From positions 70,370,001 through 70,434,000 of the forward strand of contig OZ024747.1 of assembly GCA_964016885.1 (NCBI GenBank): a DNA stretch of 64,000 nt, in the 5' to 3' direction. The stretch is from Eledone cirrhosa. Taxonomy: Eukaryota. A program made the position numbers and the translations under genes. The notes beneath the pieces were generated by a model. That model saw nothing but the letters and a program-made list of their open reading frames with translations, was not told the origin of the DNA and did no database searches. Of the stretch, positions 11,920 through 26,886 are shown piece after piece (position 1 is the stretch's first letter; each line of letters opens with the position of its first letter).

Positions 11920-12316
11920 AGGAAAAGGAAAGGTAAACAGCGTTATACGTGCACAAAATCTTACTAGTTACATGCTTGCTGGGAAAGGAAAACCAATTGA
12001 TCCCTATATGCTCTTGCTGCTGTTCTATATTTCGGATATTTTAATCTACCCGTCTTTTCTATATGTATAATGTATCATGCACAAAATATCAGCACCAACA
12101 GCTTTGCAAGAGATGTCAACAAGAATGGACCTGTTATCTTTATCTAAAGACATTATTTTCAATTCCATCCCACCCGTCCCCTCAATCTATCTTATTTCTC
12201 ATTCTTTCTTCTGATGAAGCACTAGCGTCCGAAACGTTAAGACCCTCTTCCTGCTATCAGGCGTTAACCTAACCTATCCCTATACTGATTGTGTTGTTAT
12301 TTCTGTTTACCTTTTA
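11920..12316 (+). mobile_element. PLE pLTR family D copy in (TA)n
   Basis: Homologous to 33651-33790 and reverse of 49592-49800. Short terminal IR AAAGGTAAACAG/CTGTTTACCTTT. Confidence 0.65.
12207..12242 (+). ncRNA. Minimal hammerhead ribozyme (family D)
   Basis: UCUU-CUGAUGA-A-GCAC(UAGC)GUCC-GAAA-CG-UU-AAGA. Family consensus stem II is GGAC/GUCC; palindromic stem III ACGU. Confidence 0.7.
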
Positions 12317-12420
12317 CATACATACATATATATATAATATATATATATACATATATATATATATGTACATATATACACACACTCACACACACACGCACAC
12401 ATACACACGCACACACTCAT

Positions 12421-12457
<37 letters not shown>

Positions 12458-12557
12458 GAGATAGTAATAATAATAATAATAAATGTGAAGACTAAATCCA
12501 AAGAGGGCTCGATAAGGATAATATATATAAAAACCCTAGAGCAAATATTTATTAAAA

Positions 12558-12668
12558 TAACAGATTAAAGTTTAAGGAAAGAATCGCTGCTTTCACCCTT
12601 AACGGGATTTTCAGAAGATCCCATTAAGGGTGAAAGCAGCGATTCTTTGGTTAAACTGTAATCTGTTA
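12558..12668. repeat. Imperfect palindrome of about 110 bp centred on an HHR-like CTGAARA...GAAA motif
   Basis: AAAGAATCGCTGCTTTCACCCTTAA...TTAAGGGTGAAAGCAGCGATTCTTT, next to (TAAA)n/(TA)n. Confidence 0.7.
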
Positions 12669-12669
12669 A

Positions 12670-13102
<433 letters not shown>

Positions 13103-14645
13103 GTTTGTGTGTGTGCGTGTCTGTGTGTACACTGGATGACCTAAATCTGGCCTTTTATAAAGAAAACAAAAACATTAATAATAAAAACGGTATGTCTAGA
13201 GAAAAAAAACGGTAGTATGTGTGCAGTATAAAGGTGGAATTATAGACGGGAGAAGCGACATACAGATACACGAAAAAAATACTTAAAATACACTCACACA
13301 CATTTATATATAAGTTAGATTGCAGTAGATATAAAGATGGCGGGAAGGATTGAGGGATAAATACAGTTAAAGAAAATAGGTTGAACGACAAGTTGAATGT
13401 GCATGAAGTGGTAATACTTAGAAAAAGGAAATATCTTTGTGTAGATTTAACTGTACAAATCTTTATGTAGAAAAATTGGAGAAAAGCAGATCAGCTAAAC
13501 AGACAGAAAGACAGGAATGTCCTATTTTGTTTAACTGGGAGAAACTTACCCAACGCCAAATAAATGGCATTAGCAAGGCAGCCATTAGAGTCAAGCTGTC
13601 CGGACGAATCCGTTAAATTTCTCAACTATTTTTTCAGCTGCAATCATTTTCTAATTCGCTTATGCACCTTATTCAAACGATACCAGCGGCTCCACCAGAA
13701 AATCGGAAGAGTCTTAGAAGAAACACAGAGAGAAAACAGATCAATCAATAATGGTAGTCTGCTTCTGTGCGCAGATAAACGACTTAGTTATATCTCAGAA
13801 CATACAAACCAAAGACAGAATACTTTTGAAGTCTTTTCAGAGATCAGCTGGTTTTACTTGAAACATTACTTTGTGTTTTTAGAATCTTACCCCCAGCCAA
13901 ATAAGAATGGAAATGTCATTTCTGTTTAAGTGTAATATGCGGAATCGGGGTCTGGGCAAGTACGCATTGTATTCGCTTCTTCATCTTATACAAATCTGCT
14001 TCGTTATATCTAAGAAAGTGTCCTGTAATATAACTCCAGAAAAATATTAGATATTATATATATAAAACTTATATAGCATTAGAGGTAATGTCTAATTTTT
14101 GTTCACTTGAATTGTTAATTGTTATAATGACTAAAAAATATAAATATAAATTTATAATATCCATATAAAAATATCTTTAAAAAAATCTATACACATTCTA
14201 TTCTTTTACGTGTAATTTACTGGATTTCACCCATACTGGGGCACAGCATTGGTAGTTGATATATAACCTCACTAATTTGAAGTTTATTTACTTCTATCGT
14301 AATATATTTATGTATTTATCTGCTTTGGTTGAAAGATATAATTTTTCCTGTCTATATTTTTGTTGTGATATTGTCTCACATGCATTACCAATACAGCGGT
14401 TCTCCAGGTTGTTGTACAAACTGGCATTGCAAGTGCAATCCCATCTTAATGCACGAACTTGCACAGCAGAAAGTGACTGATCCGGTTAAAATGTAGTTGT
14501 CTGTTTGTCGTATGTAACCGTTTTTCTGTGTGCATTTCCAGCTCATAATATAACACCACAGGGATACTTTTGTTAAAAGACTATATATAATATAACACAC
14601 ACACACACACAAACACAGTCACACATGAACACGCACACACACATA

Positions 14646-14720
<75 letters not shown>

Positions 14721-15284
14721 CATTTGTTTATATATCGTAGCAAAAGATGGAGAGATAGGACGTCAATTATTTATTTATACACAGCGTTTTCCAGTATATA
14801 GACAATGTATTGTATCATTATACACTTGAATCTTGCTACAGTTTTCCTTACAAAATATGGGTATAAAGCATTTTCTCACTTACTTTCTTTCTCGCCCTCT
14901 CTCACTATCTCTCTCACTGTTTTTTCATGTACATACACAAACACGCACGTGTGTATATGAGTGTGCTAGTCAGAGCCTTTATGCATATGCATACATCTAG
15001 ATAGCTATACCCATTTAATTCATGTATGTATAGAGGTATGTATTGTTATACGCAAAAAGATAAATCTTCTAATCCTATATCGAATGTAGGAAAATATGCA
15101 TATACACACACATTCATACGCACGTACAAACACACGCACGTGTGTGTGTTTGTTTGTGTTTGTGGATTTGTGTATCTGTGTGTGTGTATATATACAATGT
15201 TTATGTGTTCTGAGACAAGTAAATTCAGCTAGTCAAACAAAACAAACAATACTCACGCATATATATATATGTGTGCGTGTGTGA

Positions 15285-15355
<71 letters not shown>

Positions 15356-16024
15356 TGAGTGTGTCTGCGTATGTTTGTGTGTGTGTCTTTATGTGTGTGT
15401 GTGTATATACAATGTTTGTGTGTTCGTGTGAGACAAATAAATTCAGCTAGACAAACACAAAACAAACGACACTCACGCATATAGAACAGAACAGATATTG
15501 ATAGCAAAATGCAAGGAGGCTGTGAGAGAAGGTCAGAAAAAGCTAGAGATGGGAGATAACAAATGTAAAAGAATGAATATAATTAGCTGTATTGCTATTG
15601 TGGGCAGGGCTGAATGATGATCTCTGATTATAGATTCTGTTAAATATGTTGTGTATAAATGAAACGCTTCGTCGGAGGTCTATAGGACTTGCAAGTATGA
15701 TACTAATGACTGATTTGAACTATGTTCGTCTTTGCAGTTCGATGAGCTGTGAAGCGAAACGCCTACATTATTCAAAACATCAGTCCACCTGACAATTTCC
15801 ATCATAACTTGAGAAGAGCTTTCGATCGCCATAATGAAGCGTTTAGTAATGAGGGAATCATGACGTTTGTGCTCGTGATCTGGAAGCGAAGGTTACGTGG
15901 TTTCAAGCACTGTTGACTTATATATAACCTGTTATTAGTGTTACTAAGCAGACATGTAACAGACAATTCAGTAAAACTGGTGAGAAACCAAATGAAAAAA
16001 AAGGAATAAAATCAACCACAAACA

Positions 16025-16025
16025 T

Positions 16026-16113
<88 letters not shown>
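16025..16113. repeat. (CTA)n/(TAA)n trinucleotide array at the Tx1 3' end
   Basis: Direct reading. Confidence 0.9.
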
Positions 16114-16114
<1 letters not shown>

Positions 16115-16299
16115 GTTTCATATATTGGCCACAAGGGCCGACATATAAGGGCCGACATATAAGGGACAGTGGGGGTTTTACATAAAAAATTGAGTAAGAA
16201 AATAGGAAAACATTAACAATAAACAAGAAAAATACAACAATGAAAATTCCCCAATAGGGGGGATAACCACCCAGGGTTGATTCAGGTACCCCACAAATC

Positions 16300-19080
16300 C
16301 TGAACCACCCGACGCTTCCACGGCACCCGGGAGGGCACCCCTCTCCTCTTAAAATTCACCAGCCTACAGGCGCATGATCAGAGTAGGCCCACTCACACGG
16401 GCCATTCTCGCCCCATTCACCCACCTTTGAGCGAATGTACTGGGGAAGCAATTCTCTCTCCACCCTCACTTCCCTTTCCAAGTGAAATTTGAAAAAGTTG
16501 ATGAGGGATTGGCCGAAGAGAAAAGTATCTGTCTTCAGTCCTTTCAACCTGGTCGACCATACAACCTCTTTTACTATTGCCACCAGACAGGAAAATTGCC
16601 TGCCTGTCCTGGCCAAAAGAAGGTGGTGGGTCAATCTTCATCATGGATTCGACCGATAGCCGGATCCGTTCTACATGCGGCAGCAGCTGTTCGACATAAT
16701 TCCACAAGTCAGCAATGCACTGACACTGGACGAGTGCGTGCAGAATGGGTTCGTCACTCTTCCCGCATCTCGAGCAGGTCCGTCTGACAGCACTTCTGTC
16801 TGTAGATTTTATCTCGAACCGGCAGTGCCCCTCGGTTGCACGGCCAAGTGAAAGATTTTTGGAAGTTATCCATGATCCTCCGCTCGAACGTCCTTCGGAA
16901 CAGATTGGTTAGTTCGATTTCGTCGACACTCAGAGCTTCTCCGAGTGCGTCGTCGCACTTGTCCACCACTAATCCTCTATAGATCTCGCAAGTGGAAGAT
17001 CACATTGCTTACCTGGTAGAGGGCAGTGAGTGCCTGGAAATATTCCAGATACCAGTCACCCAACCTCGGTCTCTTCTTGACCCAGGACTGCATCTCAGTC
17101 AAAGATACGAGCTGCAGAAAGGCCCGTCTGACAAACGGTGATCACACCCGTTCACCGTTTAGGCAGAATATCTGGAGATGCCGCAGCCCCAGCGCATGTC
17201 TGCGTATCATTAGCCACGGCATGACCAGCCCTCCGCGTAGAGGGTGCTGGCAGCAGATGGAACCTGTCTTATCCACAAGAATTTGAAGAGGAGCCGTTCC
17301 AGCTTGGTGAGGCTCGACGGTCTGGCGCTTGTCACCTCCACCCGACCTTTCAGCGATAGCTTTTTCTCAGCCCATTTCTGGGTGAGACTGGCTACCATGC
17401 CCGTCACCTCGTCCCAATTCTCATGTACCTGGAGGTCTGGCTCGAACCAAACCCCGAACAACTTCACTGGTCCGTCCTTCCAGCGCCCAACCACGCTGTT
17501 GGACGGCATGGACTTGGCTCTGCAGGGGCCGAGCTGCAAGCCCATCGACTTTTCCGGGTTAAGTTTCGCTCCCGTCAACCTTTCATATTCATCCAACAAG
17601 TTGCCGACCACCTCGACGTCCAACACCATCACGGTGATATCGTCCGCATAAGCCGACGCATCCTTTCCGCGTCCCGGTTCGAGCGGGAAGCCCTGCAACA
17701 GCTCTAGCTTCCGCAGTAAAGGCTCGAGAGTCAATACGTACAGAAGGTAGCAGAGAGAGCACCTTTGACGGACCGATCGGGAGATCTGAAACGGTTCCGA
17801 GAAGTGGCCATTAACTTTGACCACCGAGCAAATGCCGCTGTGCATTGCAACGATCCAGCCTCTGAAGACGGGGCCGAAGCCAGCTGCCTTGAGGACAGCC
17901 TCCAGATACCGATGGTCGAACCTACCGAATGATCTAAATTGATCATAGCCCTTCCCCCAAACTAGGTTTACACCCTTCCCTCTCTATGATGTATCGCATG
18001 AGGTTGAGGTTGTCGTGTATGGATGGACCTGATCGGGATTACGGAAGTTTGCGCCTCCCCAGCGAAATCTTCAACAACAAGCGCCAACCTCTTCGCTAAC
18101 ACCTTGGCCAAAATCTTAAAAACTGTTTTGAGCAGAGTTATGGGTCTGATGTTATCAAATGAGTCCCTCTTGTTCTCGTCTTTCCTTATCAGCGTCACTA
18201 CGCCCCGGCTCACAGAACTGGGAATACTCCCGTTCTGCTGCCAGTTGCGGTAGAGCGCTTCGAGGAGATCGGATAAGTCTGGCATATTTACGTAAAGCTC
18301 GTAGGGCAGACCATCCAAACCGGGTGACTTGTGACAAGCGCCTTTCGCAGCGCTCAGCGTCGGCCTTGGAGAGTTGCGGCAAGTCCGTAACCGTCTTTCA
18401 CCCACCACTACCTTAGAACAACCGAGCAAGATGCTGGCGAAAGACCTCACACATCTACCTGGAATCGCTCAGTCCGCGACCGTCGCGGTCCGTCAAAGAC
18501 CGAATTGTGAATTTTATTCCCACACTGCGCCTCTGTAAGTGCATTAGGGAAATCTAGTCGGTACCTGTCAGACTGTTGGAACTGGCTGATCAGGTACTTG
18601 AGCTTTTTACACCCATCAATCCTATCAATTACTCCCACACAGTCCCAGCGTGCATCTAAGATGCCGCTCCAGTCCCCCGCTAACAGTAAAGGGCGAGACG
18701 TAACCAGAAAGGCTTCCATGCATCTAAAGAAGTCTGGCCGTCATGCCCCAGTAGGGGCATTGACGGCCACCAGTCTAAATGTACCATCTTCCCTATTGTT
18801 CACGTCCAGGACCACCAACTTACCGTCCGAGTCCCAGAATATCGACCTTACCTCGAGATCCAGGCCTTTCCTAAACAGCGCTGCCACCCCACCTCTCATT
18901 CCCGGCCGACTAACAGATGCGAAGATCTGACAGTCGGAGAAAATGGGGGCTAGTGCGCACGTGTCTCGCTGGTGGCAACTACATCCATTTCTAGAGACCT
19001 GAGGTCTTGAGCAGGTGACTCTGCTTCCAGGGCGACCCTAGGCCCCGAACATTTAAACTTCCTACTCTTAATATGGCCAT
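16300..19080 (-). pseudogene. Tx1-like ORF2 (APE endonuclease plus reverse transcriptase), frameshifted
   Basis: MAILRVGSLNVRGL, LLLAGDW, KSPGLDGLPYELY, RPITLL..FKILAKVLAKRL, RSVRQ.C.L...LY.L.LEPLL, AYADDITV, RGALPVRD. Confidence 0.9.
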
Positions 19081-19480
19081 GTTAGTAGGCTAAAAGAGAG
19101 AGAGGAAATGTTGACTTACCTCCCTAGATCTTGTGAAGGTCGGGTGGTTCAACATCCATAGTTGATGGGGTTTCTTTTGGGAACCCCTTTAAAAACTGGA
19201 TGTGGGTTTTACGTTCGGGGTTCCCACGTCCCGAGGAAAGCTGTCTCAAATTCCATTGTAGAAATCGAGCGATATTCGCACCAGAAACAAATTTTCTGGC
19301 ACTCAAAATGTGCTCGATTTAGAAATCACCCTTTCCCACCGTTTGGATTTCTTTACTTCGTGCCTACGAGGGCTATCAATTGATGGTTTCTTGGTGTTGT
19401 GAGTGCGGTGTCTGCGGTTTTGTGTGTGCATTTGTTCTTGTGTCTGTTTAGGTATTGGGGTTTGGGCGATTCTGGTGATG

Positions 19481-20412
19481 TACTTACTTGTACTTGTACT
19501 TGTACTTGTGTCGACATTCACCCTGGACGGGTTGAGCCGATTTCTTCCCTTGTCCTGACAGCATCCCGAACCATGGCAGCCTACGCACGACGGTCCCGGG
19601 CTAGGTTACTGGAGATAGCGAGCCAGTCACAGTTCCCTCGGCGCAGGCCGACCACCTGCGGACCTGAGAGTTCGGAGAGGTCCTCCTTGATCGTCGTTGC
19701 CCAGGTTTTCAGTTGCCCGCCAATGCGCTTGCGCCAATTAGGGAGTGGATGTGGGAGGAGAACATCGCGGATCAGTTCACCCTCAGGGCGCCGGGCTGCG
19801 TGACCAAACTATCTCAAGTGCCGTTGCAGAAGCACTGAAGGAAGGGGTCGAAGATTCAGGCGAAGACGAAGACTGGCGGTAGGTACCCGATCAACGCGTC
19901 GGCAGCGAAGAATGCGGCGGAGACAGTCATTGTCGAAGACCTCCAGCCCTCGTTGATCGACTACCCTCATAGGCCATGTTTCACAGCCATAGAGGAGGAT
20001 AGTGCGAACGATGGCCTGGCAGAATCACCTTTTGGTCACCGAGATGATCTCTCTTCTGTCCCACAGACACCACTGGAGGCGCCGAAAAGCGGATCCGGCA
20101 GCACCTATGCGACGTTTGACCTCGGCTGCGCCCTGTCCCGTTGGAACCACTGTTGAGCCAAGGTAAACGAAGGACTCCACATCCTCCAGGTCTACGCTCT
20201 CGAGAGATATCGACTTGGTGGCATTGATTCGTAGACCAACAGCGGCAGCTGCAGTGTGCACTCTTTCGAGAGCACCTTGTACATCTGTCCCGTTAGAGCC
20301 CATCAGCACGATGTTATCCGCGTAGGCCAGGTCCGTCACCACGACTCCTCTCCCGACCTCTACACCCGGGTAATTCCGGAGCGCTGTGTTGATAGTGTAG
20401 TCAATTGACATT
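19481..20412 (-). mobile_element. 5'-truncated RTE-clade LINE with (CAAGTA)n tail
   Basis: DLAYADNIVL, GLRINATKS, VESFVYLGS, LLYGCETWP, FGHAARRP. Candidate 13-bp TSD GATT(C/A)TGGTGATG at 19468-19480 and 20413-20425. Confidence 0.9.
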
Positions 20413-22016
20413 GATTATGGTGATGGTGTTGATGTGTTGGTGTTTACGTGGGTGGGTGGTGTGTGCATGTTTTATTGTGGGTGTTTTTGTGCTTTGTGGA
20501 GTTTTTTCTTTGTGTGTTTTGTTTTTTGTTCTTTGGGGGATTTTGGTTTTCACACATCTTCACTACTGGAAGATGAGGGGTCTGTAAATGTGTCTACGCT
20601 TATGTTGTTGTTCATGTGCGTATTGTTGGGGGAGGGGGAATGGGAGAGCTTTTCTTGTTTCCCCCTGAGTGGCCAATATTGGTGGTGGTGTTCTGTACTC
20701 GACAACAACTGGCTCAGCAGTTGTCTATGTGTCGTCAGACGTCACATACCGAGTCCACTCGGCATAAAATACTTTTAAATATTTCTTTTAATATGTTTAT
20801 ATTCTGAATTGAAATCTTGCTGAGGTGATATCGTGATAGTTAAAAATTAAACAGAGAGAGAGAGAGACGTACTCTATACCATTTACTTCTAGTTGAATCA
20901 ATTGCTGAGTAAGAACCAACTAAAATATCACGTGTTCAAACCACCTAATCATCATCCGGCTACATGCTAATTCATGATACTTCGATGAGAAAAGTTCACT
21001 GTGGCAATGGGAAACTCTCAGGAGTGCTGGACAGCGGAATATCTTCAGAGAAGTAACCCTCATCACCTGAAGCGGGTGTTTCGGACTTTATTATCGTGGC
21101 TTCAGAAATTAATTGACCACTGCATTAAAAGCTAAATAAAAATGAATGATTAATTAATAAAAGGGTACTGAACTGATTATTTTTGGAAATATAGACAATT
21201 AAAACTTAAACAAATATAAGCCTTCGTTGTCTTACAGTATTAAGTTCTTCTCTTTAGGTAGGAAACATTTCAGCAATAATCTAAGTCCTATCCAGGACAA
21301 GATTTATATTTCAACCACTTAACAAAGCAGAAACCATTATTACGTCAAGAATGAAGCCATTATTACGTCGATATATTTAGTTAGACATGAATCATTTCTT
21401 CCTTCTTTTTCGGATATATTGGATCCTGTTTTATTATACTGAGAAATACAATTACTCTGCTTTTAATTACTGTCCTTTGTGTGCCTTAGAATGAATCAGT
21501 GAAACTGTTGATTCTATGTCTCTTCTATAGTGGATAAGTATTTGCAATATCTTTGTTACTTGGATAACATGAACAATAAACATGCAACAAACCAGAACAT
21601 ATTAAACATGTATGTATCTTAGACAGAACAAAACATCATTAAAACTTTATTTTGCTATAATTACCACTGTTCATTTTGGTAGCAGAATGACTGTCGCCTT
21701 TTCTCGTTCTAGAAGAGACGTTTGTATACAAAGTATTATCACTATACTTTAGCCACACATAGCTTAAACATACGTTCTCATTTAGGAAGAGTAATTATAC
21801 ATGTTGCCCACAGTATGACACATTCCTGATATTACTGTGAATATGTCGCCTCCGTTTTTGAAGTGTAGTCTAACATTTTTAATGAAAATAGATTGGATTT
21901 CCGTTACTACAGGTAGTAAAACCTACACTAATCATAGCTCGTTATTTCTATATTTTAATCAATAAAGTTTAGCATTCAGAAAAATTAGACAGTTCCTACA
22001 CACGCACACATACAAT

Positions 22017-22094
<78 letters not shown>

Positions 22095-22121
22095 CATGTA
22101 TATAGATATATATATGTGTGT

Positions 22122-22431
22122 ATTAGAAAGAGTTGGGGCCCGGCAGCTGAGCTTTTGCCTTTTCGGCAGCTAATTCTACGACTCTTTCTAATATAGTAAT
22201 ACTCTACTATCGCAAGTATCGTGTACTCTGCCGAATAATGGTCTCGCTACTTTACAAACCAGTTAAATCTCAATATATATATATATATATATATATATAA
22301 CGAAGGAAATGTGGTAAGGAACCAGGTGGACCATAACGCACCAAAGTACTCAATACTTAGGGTAGTAGAGTGGGTAATAGGAACAAGTAAGACCCCGACG
22401 GCTGAGCTCAAGCCGTTTCGACGGCTTATTC

Positions 22432-22436
<5 letters not shown>
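22122..22436 (-). mobile_element. Family B copies (diverged 22122-22260; young 22299-22436 truncated in HHR stem II)
   Basis: 22299-22436 is the near-exact reverse complement of about 12897-13036. Microsatellite flanks. Confidence 0.75.
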
Positions 22437-22505
<69 letters not shown>

Positions 22506-22507
22506 CT

Positions 22508-22641
<134 letters not shown>

Positions 22642-23049
22642 CATATATATTTATATACATATGTATTTATACATGTTTGGAAAAATGGAAATTAAACAAA
22701 AGGCGTGGATTAATGCTTCATTTTTCATTGCTTTTCGATCGTTTCAGAAGGTTGATTGATCAAAATGAATTTATATATTGACTAATTAATAGTAGTTATG
22801 CCACCATATATTACTATCTCGATATTCTAGATCCATCTCTCCATGTTCCTAAAAAACAATGATTTATAATTTTATTTGTAATATATATGGACAGTTTAAT
22901 ACGCATCAAGTAGATACGCGGAGGGAGATAAATAAATAAAGGTTAAAAAATAAATGAATAAAATATTAGAATTTACGATTAAGGATGAAGAAATACAAGT
23001 AGAACAAAGGATTAGAAAAAAAATTAGTATAAGAAAAATTAAACAAATG

Positions 23050-23080
<31 letters not shown>

Positions 23081-23489
23081 GCTTTAACGAATGAGAGAAA
23101 AATTAAGTTATCAAAAGCGAAACATTTTGAAGAAAATACTAGAAAATAAATCAAAAATTGAATAAAGCGATGAATTCCTTGATTGTTAAAATCTGTCACC
23201 CCCGCTTTTTATCCAGAAAGTTTGTCACATCTTAACCTCTCTGCAAAAAAGCAGACGACTACACCCACACAGAGAGACATATATATAGAGGTACAGAATG
23301 CTAAAAGTAGAAAAAAATTATCATATATATGTTACCTGTTTATAAGTACCTCGTAATCCTGAATTTGCCAAAAATAAAATTTAAATATTGGTGGTTGACG
23401 AAACTAAAATATTTTAGTCTAGGTGATGGACATATAAGTATCGCAACTCTATTGACATTCTTAAATTTCTTTATTGTTATCCGCTTGTT

Positions 23490-23900
23490 TATTGTATTTT
23501 CCCACCACAGTTTCAAATTAATTGAACAACTTGAAGTAATTCAACGAGGCTAAACAAACGAAAACGACGAGCTACTAGGAAGGATAGAAAGAATTAAAAA
23601 CGCTCTCTGGAGCGTTGACGGGAGAGTTATGCAGAGAAATACATGCAGATAGTCCTGGAGGGGATAGCTCTGAACTTTGACTTTGAGATGTCCACTAAAC
23701 CCCGTCACTGCGTAGTCCCATAGTTATCATCTTCCACATTTAGTTTAAGGACCAAATATTTCAAGATCTTCGGTTTCAAGGTGTCCCTGCCCTTTAATAT
23801 GCTGCAAAACCCCCCAGAGAAACCTAGATGTGGTGGATGTGGACATGTTCAAAAAGCATCTCGAAATTTTCAAGGTCAGAGATGAGCCTACAGAAGATCT
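23490..23900 (+). mobile_element. CR1-group LINE 3' relic
   Basis: IEQLEVIQR, SLER.RESYA...IVLEG, VDMFKKHL...DEP motifs across frameshifts. Confidence 0.55.
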
Positions 23901-25092
23901 ATTTTAGCTGAGACGAAGATGGCTATACGATATGTTTTCGACCTATGAATGCTTTTCAGCACAGTCTAGTCAAGCTTGTTAAAAGTTAACCGCAAATTGT
24001 ACAAGAAGAAAAGGTTTCTTCATAAGCTCAGAGTTAACGAAAAAACTTTCTCTTACAGGAAAGAAAAAAAACCCATAAAAAATGGAGAATAATCTTTACT
24101 GCAGAAATCAAAATAAAATAACAGCCAAATGCGTACATAAGTCATATATTGTCATATTCATTTATGAGGTTCAGTCATTGAACTACTTCCATGCTGAAGT
24201 AACTACTTCAAGGCTTTAGTCGATCATATCGACCCCAGTACTTGTTTCAGCTTAGCCTATATTTTATCGATATCTATTTGTTGAACTGCGAAATTATATA
24301 ATATAAACAAGTAAAGGAAAGTGACTGATTTTTCAGTTGCTGTAACACAGACAGACAGGCTTTTCTCTACCCAAATCCACTTACTGGTATGACTCAGTGT
24401 AGTAGGAATCAACCTTACAACACATGTTAGAGAAGTGTATGTATTAATCGAAAGGTTATGTCTCCACGTAGTTTTTTTAACGTCATATATCATGTCCAAA
24501 ATATTCTTTATTTATTTCTATATGATGTTATTTACTTATATGATGTAGATTGAATATCCGTCCTCTACTTTTTAATCAAAGAATTTTATTACTGCAACGA
24601 AATAAAAATGAGATAAACATGAAACCAATAAGACTGTCCCTGCTATTCTCACCATATCATCTTACTACGACTACATTTCCAACACTCAGAGTGATTGACC
24701 ACACCTTGTTTTTAATTCATATTCTCCACGTTCGTACCATTTTTAACGGCAGTTGCACAGTACTGCCCACCAGATGGATCAAGTCATTTACAGACTGGCT
24801 ACATGCTTCGTTGGACACCTAATCTGCTTTTCCCTTCATTTATCAAGTATTATTTTCTATTTCTTCTACCTTTGGTTTTTTTTTAAACATTTCTCTCATC
24901 TCTAGAGAATTTTGTTTTGTTTGCTCGTTTGTTTGTTCCGCAGTTTCTCTATGGGAAAGATGTTTATTGAGTCTGGTGTTCATTCCGTTTGTTTCCTCAT
25001 ATACAAGTTAGTTAAGCTGTGCAGCAGATGATGAACAGATACTATGTCACATGACTCATGAGCAGTTTTTACATGTAAATAAATAAATAAGC

Positions 25093-25151
<59 letters not shown>

Positions 25152-25154
25152 ATG

Positions 25155-25186
<32 letters not shown>

Positions 25187-25296
25187 ATATGTATATATAT
25201 ATATATATATTATATATATATATAATATATATATATATAATATATATATATATAATATATATATATATAATATATATAAATATAATATATATATAT

Positions 25297-25379
<83 letters not shown>

Positions 25380-25457
25380 TATATATATAATATATATATA
25401 TATATACATATTATATATATATAATATATATATATATAATATATATATATATATATC

Positions 25458-25489
<32 letters not shown>

Positions 25490-25566
25490 TATAAATATAA
25501 TATATATATACATATTATATATATATATATAATATATATATATAATATATATATATATAATATATA

Positions 25567-25605
<39 letters not shown>

Positions 25606-25663
25606 TATATATATAATATATATATATAAATATATATATATAATATATATATATACATATTAT

Positions 25664-25697
<34 letters not shown>

Positions 25698-25977
25698 AAT
25701 ATATATATTATAATATATATATATATACATATATTATATATATATATATAATATGTATATATATAATATTATATATATATATATAATATGTATATATATA
25801 TATATTATATATATATATATATATATTTCGTTTCTGAATTTGTTTAGCAAGATTCTTTATCTGAAATCGTGTGTTGAAACCGATATTGTTATAGTTTGGG
25901 AGGGTCATGTTGCCAATAAGAAAAACACGCACCAGTTGCTTTCACTTCAATTTATTATAATAAATTTTACAGTTAAT

Positions 25978-26436
25978 ATGGGTGCTTATTTTACAGGTTA
26001 TACATATCTTATCTATACAGGGGGGTCTTTGGAAAGGGTATGTCTTGCTAATAAGTGTTTTTACGGAGGTACCTGGTCTTTCTACTATCTTAATATTAAC
26101 TGTAAAACTAAAAATGTAGTGTATAGCATAAGATGTACTGAAGGACAATATAGAGACAAAATTATAGTGTACATAGGTGAGACAGCTCGTAGTGTAGGGG
26201 AACAGATAAATGAACACTGGCGAGACTTTCAAGATAGTAAAGAATCATCTGTACTCTACCAACATGCTAAAATAGAACATAAGGGTAAATTAGAGAACAT
26301 AGAAATAAAAGTAGAATCTACACACAGAAAAGACGCAATGTTTAGACAAATCACAGAGGCAATAAACATAAAAGAATTACAACCAAAATTAAATAGAAAA
26401 TATGAGTGGAACAGCAACATCACAACTTACAATTAA
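25978..26436 (+). pseudogene. PLE C-terminal GIY-YIG endonuclease fragment
   Basis: NCKTKNVVYSIRC...VYIGETARSVGEQINEH...SVLYQH...H...RQITEAINIKELQPKLNRK.EW*. Confidence 0.9.
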
Positions 26437-26636
26437 GGACAAAATTAAAACACACACACACATAGAACGAACAACCAACCGGTAACATGTAAATAAACAA
26501 ATAAATCAACAAATATTAACACACACAGACACCCGGATGTGGCGCATGCGCAGACTGAGCACACAACACACACACAGAAACAAAATGGCGTAGGACAGAA
26601 CAAAGGAGAGGCAAAAAAACAAAGAAAAGAATCCCA

Positions 26637-26679
26637 GTCACTGAAGAGGTCACAGAATGTGTGACGAAAGAACTTTGAC
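26637..26679 (+). ncRNA. Minimal type I hammerhead ribozyme (family A), sense to the GIY-YIG ORF
   Basis: Identical to the 4505-4547 motif; 200 nt downstream of the ORF stop. Confidence 0.85.
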
Positions 26680-26825
26680 AATATATAAACAACTATCTGG
26701 TTGTGGAACCAACCAAGCAACCAGAAATTTATAAATTCATAAATTTATAAATTTATTATAATAAATTGAAGTGAAAGCAACTGGTGCGTGTGTTTCTTAT
26801 TGTCAACATGACCCTCCCAAAGTAT

Positions 26826-26886
<61 letters not shown>

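Larger units (their letters stand above)
16084..20763 (-). mobile_element. Tx1-clade (L1 group) non-LTR retrotransposon, degenerate, interrupted by an RTE
   Basis: APE-RT ORF2 relic, low-complexity ORF1-like sequence upstream, (ATT)n tail. The 5' boundary is uncertain. Confidence 0.75.
25826..26830 (+). mobile_element. 5'-truncated Penelope-like element (family A) with inverted pLTR tail at its 5' end
   Basis: About 25866-25967 is inverted relative to about 26750-26832. GIY-YIG ORF end, 3' pLTR with HHR, (TA)n on both sides. Confidence 0.9.

Noticed and set aside
15170-15482. Direct duplication of about 85 bp among (GT)n
   Set aside because: Ordinary microsatellite-mediated local duplication.
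15736-15770. TCGATGA-GCT(GTGA)AGC-GAAA hammerhead-like motif
   Set aside because: Core mismatch, and no credible stem I or stem III.
25826-26830. TIR DNA transposon or MITE reading of the inverted termini
   Set aside because: Arms are of unequal length, correspond to pLTR tails and enclose a PLE GIY-YIG and HHR; no DDE transposase.
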